DNA of 64,000 nt from Longimicrobiales bacterium. GTDB lineage: Bacteria; Gemmatimonadota; Gemmatimonadetes; Longimicrobiales; Gaopeijiaceae. Under the pieces are notes generated by a model. The model searched no databases. It was given only the letters and a program-made list of their open reading frames with translations, and had not been told where the DNA came from. Shown here piece by piece: positions 26,045 to 36,320 of this stretch. Numbering within the stretch: position 1 is the stretch's first letter; every line of letters starts with the position of its first letter. Made by a program: the position numbers and the translations under genes. The stretch lies in assembly GCA_965249725.1 (NCBI GenBank), contig CBDFMQ010000002.1, positions 2,816,001 to 2,880,000 of the forward strand. Reading direction: 5' to 3'.

Positions 26045-28693
26045 TCAGTTCGGCACCCGCTCCTTGAGCTCCTCGAAGAAATTCTGCACCACGACGATAT
26101 CCGACAGACCACCTGCGGTTCCCGACATGAGCATCAGGAACTCTTCGTCATTCGGATGTACGTCGTACACCTGGTGAAACCCGCTTACGACGAATCCATC
26201 CAAGGAGAAAAGCACATCCCGGCTCTCCACGGAGAAGGACGAACCTCCCGGAATCTGAGCAGCGACCAACTCACGGTTCCGATTCAGGTAGAAGAGCTCC
26301 TCCCCGCTGTGCGCCCAGACCGGCTCCGCCCCGCCTTCCCTGGAGACGGTATAGCGCGCGGAAGCGACACCCTCTGGAAAGGGCACCACGTAGAGCTCGT
26401 ACCGACCCGATTCGTTGGACGAATAAGCGAGCCATCGGCCGTCGGGAGACAGAGCCGGGCTCCGCTCGGTGAAGTCGGACGTGACGACCACCGAAACAGT
26501 CTCGCCGTCGGCTCCGAGTCTTCTGGCGTAGATGTCGCCAGCGCCGTACCCGGTTCGGTAGACCAGCCATTCGCCGTCTCCGGAGACCAGGGACTCCCAT
26601 ATCTGTTCCTCGGCCTCGGCCAAGAGCTCCGGCGAGCCGCTTCCGTCTGCCCTTCTCGTCCAGACGGCGTCTGGTCCCTCACCACGGTTGGAGAGGAAGA
26701 CGACCTCGTCGCCCGACGGTGTCCAGCTCGGCCTGAGGTTCGCACTCCCGTCGACCGTGAGCTTCGTCACGGGGCCATCATCGAGTTGCTTGACCCAAAC
26801 GTCGAGTCCGGACTCGACGGACGAGTAGGCGAGTCGGTCCCCGCTCGGGGAGAGCGTCAAGCCGAGTTGATTGTTCGGTGCCCCACGGATCGTCCACCGC
26901 GGATCGATTTCCCGAGGGTTACCCTCGCGGTCCACCCAAGCGGGTCGATATCCAGCCTCAGCGGCGCCCGCCGGCAAGTAGGCAAGGGTGCCGGTCTCGG
27001 AAAGGGCAAATTGCGAAGCGGACCCTGTCTTCACCTGAATGCCCTCGAGGATGGCGACCGAGGGTCCCGTCATCTCGAGGCTCTCGAGGTCGAACGGAGC
27101 AGCCATCAAGGTGCCTTGGGCCGTCGTGTATACGATGTGGCCGGACAACGCATACCGTGCCATGGCGCCTGCTATGAGCTGGCGAACCGCTCCGCCCTCC
27201 GGCCCGACAACCGCGATACCACTCTCCTCCAGGTTGCCTCGGTTGATGGTGAGGAGTAGGCCGCTGCCGTCCGGAAGCACCGCGGGGTACTTGAGATCGA
27301 CGTCCGGCATCCGGGCGAACTCCATAGGCTCGCCCCCGGCGGCCGGAATACGCCAGATGATCCCAGAGGTGATAACCCTGTAATAGATCATTCCATCCGA
27401 ACCGAACGCAGCATTGCTCCCACCTGGGACGATCCGTACGGGTGGCCCCCCCGCAAAGGGCATGACGGACGGTCCGCCGCCGCCCGAGAACACCATAGTG
27501 CTGCCGTCCGGACTGATGGCTGGACTCTGCCGCCCCACCGTGCCGGGGATCGGGCGAGCTGTCAGATCGTCCATCGATCTCTCCCAGAGCTGGTAGCGAT
27601 TCTCCGGAGCCGATCCACGGTACACGATTCTGGAACCATCGGGAGAAATGGCCAGGTCGATGCCGGAGTTCGAGCGTCCGAGCACGCCGTTCTCGCCCAG
27701 CGGCAATTCAAATCGGGCGATCGGCGGGGGGGCGTCACTCGGGCCCAGGCCGGCCCAGAGCAGAGCCACCACCGTCGTCGCCGCGAAGAAGGCTGCCGTC
27801 CCCCTCCAGTATCCCCGCTGGCCGGCCCCCGAGAGCGTTACCTCGTCTCCGTGTCTGAACCCTGGGTCGGCCAGTGCCTTGGCGAAGCGGTCAGCCCCCG
27901 TGAACCGGTCCGCAGGCAGCTTTTCGAGCGCTTTCCGCAGGGCAGCATCGACGTTGGCCGGGATCGACCTTCGCACCGAAGTCGCCGACACTGGCAGGCC
28001 TTGGATGATCTTGCCGAGCACCGCCTGGGCAGTACTGCCGATGTAGGGCGGGTCGCCCACCAGCATCTCGTACAGCACGCACGCGAGGGCATAGGTGTCG
28101 CTTGCAGGGCCCACGATCTGATCGCCCGTTGCTTGCTCCGGCGACATGTAGAAGGGCGTCCCGACGGACAGGCCTGTCTCGGTCAGGCGGTTGCCGCCCG
28201 CAGCGCCTACAGCCAAGGCGATCCCGAAGTCGGCCACGAGAGGCTCACCTCGACTGAGCAGGATGTTGCCGGGCTTGATGTCCCGATGGACGATCCCCTG
28301 CTCGTGCGCGGTATGCAGCGCATTGGCCACGGCAGTCGCGATGCCCAGGGCCTCGTCGACCGGCAGCTGCTTATCCCGGTCGATCCGCTCCCGAAGGGTC
28401 TCCCCCTCGATGTACGGCATCGCGTAAAAGAGGAAGGTGTCCGCCTCGCCCGAATCGAACAGCGGAAGGATGTGCGGATGCTGGAGGTTGGCGGTGGTCT
28501 CGATCTCGGCGAGGAATCGCTCGGCACCGACCACCGCAGCCAACTCGGGCTTCAAGACCTTCAGCGCGACGTTGCGGTTGTGCTTCAGGTCTTTGGCCAG
28601 GTAGACGGTGGCCATGCCACCCTCACCCAACTCGCCCTCGATGGCGTAGCGGCCCTCGAGGGCGGTATTGAGTCGTTCGATGGGATCGGACAT
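26045..28693 (-). CDS. Membrane Ser/Thr kinase with TolB-like propeller
   Basis: Kinase motifs and SPDG repeats; paralogue of 18242-20911. Confidence 0.95.
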   Translation of the reverse strand: MSDPIERLNTALEGRYAIEGELGEGGMATVYLAKDLKHNRNVALKVLKPELAAVVGAERFLAEIETTANLQHPHILPLFDSGEADTFLFYAMPYIEGETLRERIDRDKQLPVDEALGIATAVANALHTAHEQGIVHRDIKPGNILLSRGEPLVADFGIALAVGAAGGNRLTETGLSVGTPFYMSPEQATGDQIVGPASDTYALACVLYEMLVGDPPYIGSTAQAVLGKIIQGLPVSATSVRRSIPANVDAALRKALEKLPADRFTGADRFAKALADPGFRHGDEVTLSGAGQRGYWRGTAAFFAATTVVALLWAGLGPSDAPPPIARFELPLGENGVLGRSNSGIDLAISPDGSRIVYRGSAPENRYQLWERSMDDLTARPIPGTVGRQSPAISPDGSTMVFSGGGGPSVMPFAGGPPVRIVPGGSNAAFGSDGMIYYRVITSGIIWRIPAAGGEPMEFARMPDVDLKYPAVLPDGSGLLLTINRGNLEESGIAVVGPEGGAVRQLIAGAMARYALSGHIVYTTAQGTLMAAPFDLESLEMTGPSVAILEGIQVKTGSASQFALSETGTLAYLPAGAAEAGYRPAWVDREGNPREIDPRWTIRGAPNNQLGLTLSPSGDRLAYSSVESGLDVWVKQLDDGPVTKLTVDGSANLRPSWTPSGDEVVFLSNRGEGPDAVWTRRADGSGSPELLAEAEEQIWESLVSGDGEWLVYRTGYGAGDIYARRLGADGETVSVVVTSDFTERSPALSPDGRWLAYSSNESGRYELYVVPFPEGVASARYTVSREGGAEPVWAHSGEELFYLNRNRELVAAQIPGGSSFSVESRDVLFSLDGFVVSGFHQVYDVHPNDEEFLMLMSGTAGGLSDIVVVQNFFEELKERVPN

Positions 28694-28776
28694 GGCCAAC
28701 TCCCGAATCAGGCGGTGCCTAACATCCTATCCGCAGGTCGTGAGGCGCAAGCACGACCGGGGGGTAGGTCGCCCCG

Positions 28777-29265
28777 CTACGAGCCCGTGCTCGGCGGGTA
28801 CGACTCGTGCACCTGCACGACCTTCCACTCGCCATCGATCCGATGCACCACGATGCTCCAGACCTCATGACCGCTGATGGGCTCGCCATCCTCGCCGATA
28901 TTGGTCGAGTGAATGTAGGACGTGGCCACCGCGGCGTCCCGGCCCAATACGTGGACTCGGCTGTCTCCCAGCTCGAAGTGCACGTTCTTTCCGACACCGG
29001 GGAAGTACTCCTTCATGGATTCACGATGTGACTCCAGCGGACTGGTTTCCCCGCGGCTCGCCCAGGCGAAGTCGGGACCATCCAGGTGATATCCGATGAA
29101 GCCGTCCACATCGTGACGGTCGACGGTCTCGACCATCTCGTTGGCGAACTGCCTCACGGAGTCGGCAAGCGCCGCACGCTCGGCATCCGTGAGCTCCGCA
29201 TCACTGCTCCCGGCGCACCCGGCCAACACTACGGACAAGCTCAAGACTGAGGCTAGCCTTCTCAT
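28777..29265 (-). CDS. NTF2/SnoaL-like lipoprotein
   Basis: Lipobox LAGC; C-terminal GEWKVVQVHES. Confidence 0.8.
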   Translation of the reverse strand: MRRLASVLSLSVVLAGCAGSSDAELTDAERAALADSVRQFANEMVETVDRHDVDGFIGYHLDGPDFAWASRGETSPLESHRESMKEYFPGVGKNVHFELGDSRVHVLGRDAAVATSYIHSTNIGEDGEPISGHEVWSIVVHRIDGEWKVVQVHESYPPSTGS

Positions 29266-29644
29266 GACTGACACTCCGGTTGAATGGCTCGGGGTCGGGC
29301 ATGCTTCCATGGCACCGCGGCGAGATTCAGCATGGTAGGGCCGCGGCCGTTAACCGGCCAGCCGCAACCCAAAGGCCGCTGATACGGAAGGGAGAGGTCT
29401 CCTCCCTCGCAGTTCTGGAGAGAGCGGCGCATCTGCTCGGGAAAAAACTTGACGTGGTGGTGCGATCTTCGACTCCGTCTTGATCCCCTCCTGATCCGGT
29501 CGGGAGGCGTGCGCGCACAGGGTGCGGTTCCAGGCGCCGGTTGTCCGCCCGCTCGCCCCCGCCTACTCTCAACCGAGCGACCCGCGCGGCCCTACACGCG
29601 CCCGATTCCGCGGATCGCACGATGCAAGTAGAAGGAGGCCGCAA

Positions 29645-31810
29645 ATGCCGCGTTCCGAACGACTGAACTGGCCACCACTGCGCGGGCTGATCGGGCTCGC
29701 CGCACTCGTCGCGCTCACCGCTTGTGATCCCGCTGGCGGGCCGCCAACCATCGACGACAACGACATTGCGGGCCTCGTGACCGGATCGGGCGGACCGGAG
29801 GCCGGCGTCTGGGTCATCGCGGAGACCACCGACCTGCCGACACGCTTCGCCAAGATCGTGGTGACCGACGACCGGGGTCGTTACCTGATTCCCGACCTAC
29901 CCGAAGCGAGCTACGACGTATGGGTGCGTGGCTACGGACTTGTGGATTCAGAGAAGCTGCGCGCCTCACCCGGCATGACTCGGAATCTGACCGCGGTGCC
30001 TGCGCCCGACGAGCGAACGGCGGCGGAGTACTATCCGGCGGGCTATTGGCTGTCCCTGCTCCACATGCCCGAAGATGACCAGTTCCCCGGTACCGGACCC
30101 GCGGGGAACGGCATCTCGCCGAACCTTCAGAACCAGGCCCAACTCATAAGGCTCGTGAAGTCGGGGAACTGCACCGCCTGCCATCAGCTCGGAACGCTTG
30201 GCACCCGAAAGATCCCGGAGGCTCTGGGCCACTTCGCGTCCTCGGTCGAAGCGTGGGACCGTCGGATCAAGTCGGGCCAGGCCGGCGCAGGGATGAGCGC
30301 AGGCCTAGACGGGATGGGCCGGCAGGCGATGCTGGAGATGTTCGCGGACTGGACCGACCGGATCGCCGGGGGTGAGACACCGCCGGCACCTCCCCGACCG
30401 ACTGGTGTGGAGCGCAACGTGGTCGTCACGGTGTGGGACTGGGCTGATCCGAAGGCGTACCTGCACGACGAGGTCTCCACGGATAGGCGGAATCCTACGG
30501 TCAACGCTAACGGCCCCATCTACGGGGCGCTGGAGGCCAGCGCTGACTACACGCCGGTCTTGGATCCGACGAGCCACACGGCGAGCCAGATCCCTTTGAC
30601 GGTCCGCGATCCGAGCACGCAGCCGGCCTCGGGGCCGAGCATGCTTGCGCCGTCGCCCTATTGGGGCGACGAGCCCATCTGGACGAGCAAGAGCAACGTC
30701 CACAACCCCATGTTGGACGAGCGGGGGCGGGTCTGGCTCACATCCACCGTCAGGCCGAGGGACAATCCGGCCTTCTGCAAGGAGGGCTCGGATCATCCGT
30801 CGGCGAAGCTCTTCCCGACGACCCGGGCCCGGCGCCACCTGGCGATGTACGATCCGGAGACGAAGGAGCTCACGCACATCAGCACCTGTTTCGGCACCCA
30901 CCACCTCATGTTCGCCGAGGACGACGACAACACGCTCTGGACTAGTGGCGGCGGGCAGGTCGTGGGCTGGCTGAACACGAGGATGTTCGACGAGACCGGC
31001 GACGAGGCAGCCTCACAGGGCTGGACCGCGCTCATCCTCGATACCAACGGCAATGGCGAACGGGACCACTATGTGGAGCCCGACCAGCCTGTCGATCCCG
31101 CGCTGGACAAGAGGATTCAGGCCGGTTTCTACTCCGTGGCGCCCGCTCCCGACGGCTCGGTGTGGGCGACTTCTCTGGGCTACCCGGGCGCGGTCGTTCG
31201 GTTGGACCCTGGATCGAACCCGCCAGAGACCGCACTGGCCGAGCTGTACGAACTGCCACTGGACGACTCGGGTGAGCCGATCGAGGGGTTTTCGCCGCGA
31301 GGTGGAGACGTCGACCGGAATGGGGTGATGTGGGCGGCGCTCGCTAGCGGACACATGGCCAGCTTCGACCGGAGCAAGTGCACGGGACCGCTCAACGGAC
31401 CCGCGGCCACGGGCCAGCACTGTCCGCAGGGGTGGACCTTCTATACGGAGCCGCTACCGCAGATCCGGGGGGTGACCAGCCCCGGGAGCGCCGAGGCGAG
31501 CTACTACACGTGGGTTGATCAGTTCAACACGTTGGGACTCGGCGAGAACGTACCGATCGACACCGGCAACGCATCCGAGGGGCTGTTGGCCCTCGTGGAC
31601 GGAGAGTGGGTTGTTCTGCGCGTGCCCTATCCGCTCGGCTTCTACACCAAGTGGATGGACGGCCGCATCGACGATCCGGACGGGGGCTGGAAGGGTAGGG
31701 GCGTCTGGTCCACCGTGAGTACGCGGGCGCCGTTCCACATGGAAGGCGGTAAGGGCACGCCCAGCAAGGTGCTGAAGTTCCAGCTTCGGCCGGATCCGCT
31801 GGCGCGGTGA
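29645..31810 (+). CDS. Lipoprotein with carboxypeptidase-regulatory-like domain, monoheme CxxCH and propeller region
   Basis: AGGAGG RBS; LTAC lipobox; PEAGVWVIAET..KIVVTDD.GRY; CTACHQ. Confidence 0.8.
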   Translation: MPRSERLNWPPLRGLIGLAALVALTACDPAGGPPTIDDNDIAGLVTGSGGPEAGVWVIAETTDLPTRFAKIVVTDDRGRYLIPDLPEASYDVWVRGYGLVDSEKLRASPGMTRNLTAVPAPDERTAAEYYPAGYWLSLLHMPEDDQFPGTGPAGNGISPNLQNQAQLIRLVKSGNCTACHQLGTLGTRKIPEALGHFASSVEAWDRRIKSGQAGAGMSAGLDGMGRQAMLEMFADWTDRIAGGETPPAPPRPTGVERNVVVTVWDWADPKAYLHDEVSTDRRNPTVNANGPIYGALEASADYTPVLDPTSHTASQIPLTVRDPSTQPASGPSMLAPSPYWGDEPIWTSKSNVHNPMLDERGRVWLTSTVRPRDNPAFCKEGSDHPSAKLFPTTRARRHLAMYDPETKELTHISTCFGTHHLMFAEDDDNTLWTSGGGQVVGWLNTRMFDETGDEAASQGWTALILDTNGNGERDHYVEPDQPVDPALDKRIQAGFYSVAPAPDGSVWATSLGYPGAVVRLDPGSNPPETALAELYELPLDDSGEPIEGFSPRGGDVDRNGVMWAALASGHMASFDRSKCTGPLNGPAATGQHCPQGWTFYTEPLPQIRGVTSPGSAEASYYTWVDQFNTLGLGENVPIDTGNASEGLLALVDGEWVVLRVPYPLGFYTKWMDGRIDDPDGGWKGRGVWSTVSTRAPFHMEGGKGTPSKVLKFQLRPDPLAR

Positions 31811-31842
31811 ACACATGACACGCGGCCGCCCGGTGCGCTCGA

Positions 31843-32268
31843 TCAGGTGGGCGGCGGACTCGCCCAGATACCGACCCCTTCCGCCTCCGCAGCCGAACGC
31901 AACCCTTCATCCAGCGTGGCCAACGGGATCTCATAGCGGCGCGCCAACTCCAGGTAGCACGCGTCGTATGCGGTGAGGCCGTGTGTACTCGCTAGGCCGG
32001 CGACTCCCGCAAAGGCCTGTGCCCGCTCAAACGGATCCACCACGATCGGGAGTGCTTTCAAGAGGTCCTGGGCTTCGCTTGCGTCCTCCGCCCGCATCCT
32101 GTGTTTGCGCGTGGCCACAGCCAACACGTTGATGACCTCGATCGGCCACAGGGCCGGCACAACACACTCACTCTCCACCAGGACGTCCAATACGCGGTCG
32201 CTGTAGTCGTCGGCCTCGTCCTCTAGGCACCACGCCAATGCGACGGACGCGTCGAGCACGAAGTTCAT
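31843..32268 (-). CDS. vapC: VapC/PIN toxin
   Basis: FVLDASV, W..EV.N, LTAYDA.YL.LA and LATLD motifs. Confidence 0.9.
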   Translation of the reverse strand: MNFVLDASVALAWCLEDEADDYSDRVLDVLVESECVVPALWPIEVINVLAVATRKHRMRAEDASEAQDLLKALPIVVDPFERAQAFAGVAGLASTHGLTAYDACYLELARRYEIPLATLDEGLRSAAEAEGVGIWASPPPT

Positions 32269-32507
32269 CGCCTGCCAGCCTCGATGATGCCTCGCACCGT
32301 GAGATCCGGGCCAAGGCTCGTCCGCTTGCGAAGACGGCGAAGCCCCTCGGCGGCATCGGCCGCCGATATCCTGCGCAGCTCCGCCACGGGCACGAGACAA
32401 GCGATCGGTCGACCGTGCCGCGTAATCGTCAGACTCTCCCCCGCCTCAACGCGCTTGAGTAGCGCCGGAAGGTGTGTCTTAGCCTCATATGAGCCAATGC
32501 TGACCAT
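32265..32507 (-). CDS. Phd/YefM antitoxin
   Basis: YEAKTHL..LL.RVE.GE...ITRHG.PIA; ATGA overlap with the toxin. Confidence 0.92.
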   Translation of the reverse strand: MVSIGSYEAKTHLPALLKRVEAGESLTITRHGRPIACLVPVAELRRISAADAAEGLRRLRKRTSLGPDLTVRGIIEAGRR

Positions 32508-32549
32508 CCTGAATCCTTTCGACTAGTCTATACAGCTAGTCTACTTCCA

Positions 32550-33077
32550 TTAGGCGTATGAGTCCATGAGTTCTTCTTGGCCAACCCCCGAGCCCGCCGG
32601 CAGCGCCTTCTTCTCGTCGCTCAACGCAATCGCCGTCCCGTACGCCAGGATCTCCACCCCGGCCGTCCCCTTCCCATCCCCCCGGGACCTGGAAAGCGGC
32701 GAGGTCTCGATGCGCACGTTGATGATCGTGTAATAGCCACGCCTGTGGGCGATCGCCTTCATGCGGAGCATGGCTTCCCGTCTCGCACGCTCGAGCAAAG
32801 GCTCGAAGACGCGGATTCTCCCTCCGACGATCCCCTTGAGGCTCGCGGCCACGCGCTTGTAGTAGTCCTGCGAGATCACGACGCTGCCCATGACGAGCTC
32901 GCACCCCTCGACGTTCCACTCCGAGGGGATGTCTTCGATGGTCACGGCCAATACGTCCCGCGACCCGCTCTCCAGGAGCAGCAGGCTCTTGAGGTGTCGA
33001 CGCTCCAGAAGCGATCCGGCGATCCACGCACCGACGAGCATGGCCGGTGTGACGAGTAGGCTGATGACGACTTCCAT
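32550..33077 (-). CDS. YbjQ-like (heavy-metal-binding) protein with TM helix
   Basis: GSVVIS...LK.IVGG......ARREA..RM....NVR.ET...EILAYGTA. Confidence 0.85.
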   Translation of the reverse strand: MEVVISLLVTPAMLVGAWIAGSLLERRHLKSLLLLESGSRDVLAVTIEDIPSEWNVEGCELVMGSVVISQDYYKRVAASLKGIVGGRIRVFEPLLERARREAMLRMKAIAHRRGYYTIINVRIETSPLSRSRGDGKGTAGVEILAYGTAIALSDEKKALPAGSGVGQEELMDSYA

Positions 33078-33081
33078 CGCC

Positions 33082-33396
33082 CTACTCCACCACGACTGCG
33101 GTGCCGTACGCAAAAAGCTCCGCCGCACCCTGCGCCACGCTGCTGGTCGCGAAGCGCACGTTCACGATCGCGTTGGCGCCAATGTCGTCGGCCTGCTGGC
33201 TCATCCGCCGAATCGCTTCCCCGCGGGCCTCAACCAGCAGCTCCGTGTAACCGACGAGCTCACCGCCGACGACGTTCTTCAGCCCGGCCATGATGTCGCG
33301 GCCGATATGTTTCGCGCGCACGGTGCTGCCGCTCACCACACCGTGGAACTCGACGATCTTTTTGCCGGGAATCTCCTGCGTATTGCTGATGACCAT
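33082..33396 (-). CDS. YbjQ family protein (UPF0145)
   Basis: GVVSG..VRAKH.GRD..AGLKN.VGGEL.GYT...GANAIVNVRF...YGTAV. Confidence 0.92.
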   Translation of the reverse strand: MVISNTQEIPGKKIVEFHGVVSGSTVRAKHIGRDIMAGLKNVVGGELVGYTELLVEARGEAIRRMSQQADDIGANAIVNVRFATSSVAQGAAELFAYGTAVVVE

Positions 33397-33655
33397 ACTG
33401 CGTTCCTTCCTTCTGGTTGGGTTTCGGCTCGACACGGGTGCGGATGTGCGTCGATCAGAACTGATGAATGATACGGTCAAGGCGGCACTAATCATCTAGC
33501 GACGCTCGCCCCGCGCTTAACCTGCTTGCGGTCCCGCCGGATCCGACATAGACTCCCCCCCTGATGCCGCCCGCCCCCCCGCGGCGCATTCGTTGTCTGT
33601 GTCACACGTCGCGCGAATCCGCTCCATGTTCGCGTGACACCGGGGGCGAACAGAA

Positions 33656-34891
33656 ATGACCGGTTTTACCGTGTTCGGAGCGGTCGTCGGCGGACTCCTT
33701 TCCGCCTTGCTGGTCCTTCCAGGACTGGTGGGGCTCGTCGTCTCGGGCAGTATCCCCCTCCCCATCTTGGGCGTCGTTCCCAGCATCATCGTGGTGGCGT
33801 TCGCGGTCATGTACGTCTGGGGAGTGATCAGTGGGTACGTGTGCCAGCTGGTCATGTGGGGCATCTCCGCAGGTCTCCCGGGGGCGGGGAACCGGACCGC
33901 TCGCCACGTATCCGCCTGGATACTCTCACTCGCCTACCTGGTCCTCACGGTCCTGTTCGTATTCGTCGGAGCGATACCGACTGTGGCGACATTCTCCGTG
34001 ATCGCGACCGTGACGGGCACGGGTGTGGCATTCGGACTCATCAGTCTGTCGTTCCTATTCACCCTACCTCACCTGTTGATCGTGACCCTGCTCTACGTTG
34101 TCGCAGACTGCGCATCGCTTCCACCGGTGCCGGCTAGTGCCGGGCTCACAACCCGCGGCGAGGCCTTCCACAGGGGCATGCTGATCGGGCTGAACGCGAT
34201 CGTCAACGTCGTGCTGGGCACGGGCGTCGCGGGAATCCTGCTACAGGCGTTTGCCGGTATTCTGGGGATGGGAATTGCGTTGGTAATCGGCTTGCTGCTC
34301 GGCATACTCACGGTCCTGGGCGCGTTCATGCCAGCCGGCGGCGGGATCCTCCGGTTCTTTGTCGGTTGGGGGTCGTGGCTACTCCCGATGTCCTGGGGGG
34401 CAATCTTCCTCGGTTGGGTCCTGTTCGTGCTCAATCATCTCGGGAACGTCGTGTTCCTGACGCGTGGAGCATTTGGGATCGACATGGCTCAGATCGATCT
34501 CGCCAACGGGACGATGACTACGGAGGGCGGGATCGTGGCCAACTTCCGGTTTCAGACCATGAACCCGTTCGGTAACAACAACTCCGCCTACGACCTCGGG
34601 TCGTTTTCCTTCCTGCACGCCAGTGTGGGGGCGGGTCCAGACTGGTTTGGCACCCTCGGGGCCTCGAACCTGTTTGGATCGACCACTCCCGACCATGAGG
34701 CGGGTCACAACCTCAACCTCGCATCGTTCGGAAGTTGGTTCCTACTCATCGACGCGATCGATGAGAACGTTGCAGCCGTCACTCTAGCCGGCAGTGGGGG
34801 GGCGAGTCGTGGACAGGACGCCTACGCAGAGCGTCTGGCGGAGAGCAACCGCATGCAGGCGGGCGGTTGGATTCCGATGTGGGGGCCTTAG
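33656..34891 (+). CDS. Polytopic membrane protein with C-terminal HExxH
   Basis: About 8 TM segments; DHEAGH followed by AYAERLAE. Confidence 0.75.
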   Translation: MTGFTVFGAVVGGLLSALLVLPGLVGLVVSGSIPLPILGVVPSIIVVAFAVMYVWGVISGYVCQLVMWGISAGLPGAGNRTARHVSAWILSLAYLVLTVLFVFVGAIPTVATFSVIATVTGTGVAFGLISLSFLFTLPHLLIVTLLYVVADCASLPPVPASAGLTTRGEAFHRGMLIGLNAIVNVVLGTGVAGILLQAFAGILGMGIALVIGLLLGILTVLGAFMPAGGGILRFFVGWGSWLLPMSWGAIFLGWVLFVLNHLGNVVFLTRGAFGIDMAQIDLANGTMTTEGGIVANFRFQTMNPFGNNNSAYDLGSFSFLHASVGAGPDWFGTLGASNLFGSTTPDHEAGHNLNLASFGSWFLLIDAIDENVAAVTLAGSGGASRGQDAYAERLAESNRMQAGGWIPMWGP

Positions 34892-34908
34892 CCGAGATGG
34901 GGGCGCAA

Positions 34909-35562
34909 ATGACCAACGAGAAAGTCGTCGCGGACTGCCACAGCTCCAACCTGCTGGGGTGGGTTGTCTTCCTGCTGGTCCTCGGCTTCGGGATCGTGAT
35001 GTCCGCGGGGGCGCTCGTGTTTGTTCTCGTAGGGCCTGGGCTCGGCCTGACGTCACTGCTGATGGTGGCCGCACTCCTCTTGCTCCTGCTCGCGGCAATC
35101 CCGCTCGTTTGGGCCATCCTGCAGGTCCGAGCGGGATCCGGGGACGCCGTCGCTGTGGGTCGGGTCCCGGGTGGGACAGACTGCGCGCCGACAAAGGAGC
35201 CGGAGCCCGAACCGTGTCCGTCTGACGCGCACCCTGCAGGAGCGTGCGCAGATGAAGAGACGGACCCGGATGAGCGCTCTGTACCCGAGTGTCCTCACGG
35301 GAAGGCCGCACACCCAGCGCGAGATCTGCGAGGCCAACTCGAGCACGCTTCGAACCTGATCGTCCAACGCCAGTCGGACCTGGATCGGCGCTTGGGCGCT
35401 GCCCAAGCCGCTGCCGCCGAATTGGAAGGCGACGTCAGATCGAAGGCGGAACAACTCGTAGAGGAATACAGATCCCGACGAGAGTTGGTTGATGTGCAAC
35501 AACGGCTGGTATCGGCGGCGCTTGGCGTGGCGTTGGTCAATGACGTGCAGGAGGACGAATGA
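34909..35562 (+). CDS. Hypothetical protein (2 TM, Cys/Pro linker, coiled coil)
   Basis: ORF co-oriented with and closely spaced to its neighbours; start codon uncertain. Confidence 0.65.
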   Translation: MTNEKVVADCHSSNLLGWVVFLLVLGFGIVMSAGALVFVLVGPGLGLTSLLMVAALLLLLLAAIPLVWAILQVRAGSGDAVAVGRVPGGTDCAPTKEPEPEPCPSDAHPAGACADEETDPDERSVPECPHGKAAHPARDLRGQLEHASNLIVQRQSDLDRRLGAAQAAAAELEGDVRSKAEQLVEEYRSRRELVDVQQRLVSAALGVALVNDVQEDE

Positions 35563-36294
35563 TGCTCACCGGCTTCGGATTCATCCTGTTGGGCTTCTTG
35601 ATCTTGGGATCACTACTGGTCGCGCTGAGCCTCCCCGTACTGGCTGGGGCTCTGCTGCTCCAGGCCGCCGGCGCGCTGAATCCGGCCCTCTTTGTTCTGG
35701 GCACGGGGCTCATGGTCGGTGCCGCAGCCGTTTTCGTGGTAGGCCTCCTGTTGATCGCCGTGGGTATGTTCTCGTTCCTCTTCGCGGCAGTCCGCATCTT
35801 CCTTAGCGGCCTGCTCGCGCTCCTGAGGCTGATTCGCTCTTTCCTGCCCTCCATCGGTGATTTTGCGACTTTCCTCGACGTCAGTGCTGCCGCCGTTGAC
35901 GTCATAGCTGTGATCCTCAAGCAAGCCGTCTCACCGGTTCTGCAGACCACGGGACAGGCCATCGGCAATCTCCCGGCGATCCCGACGCCCGTCGCACGGA
36001 CCGCACCCATTCTCGACGATGGCGATAACCAGACCCCCCGAAGGTCTGATCTCCGACCCCACAAGGGTTCTCTCTTCCGTGCTACCTAATCCTGCGGTGG
36101 TCGTCGGAGTCGATCTGAATCCCACCTCGGTGGACAGCGTGCTGAACACGGCCCTCGGTGGCTTTGTCACCAATCCAGTCCAGGGATTCAGCGATATGGT
36201 CGGTGACATGGGTGTCGACGCCGATACGACAGGCGACACCCTCCACTCGGTGGCGGACGAAATGCGCAGGTTCGCCTTGATGCTTGCTTCTTGA
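35559..36294 (+). pseudogene. Hypothetical membrane protein split by a frameshift in a C6 run near 36035
   Basis: ORFs 35559-36089 and 36019-36294 join as ..DDGDNQTP/PEGLISDP..; ATGA overlap with the upstream gene. Confidence 0.55.
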
Positions 36295-36320
36295 TCCCTG
36301 GCTAGCGTTTCGTACAGCAC

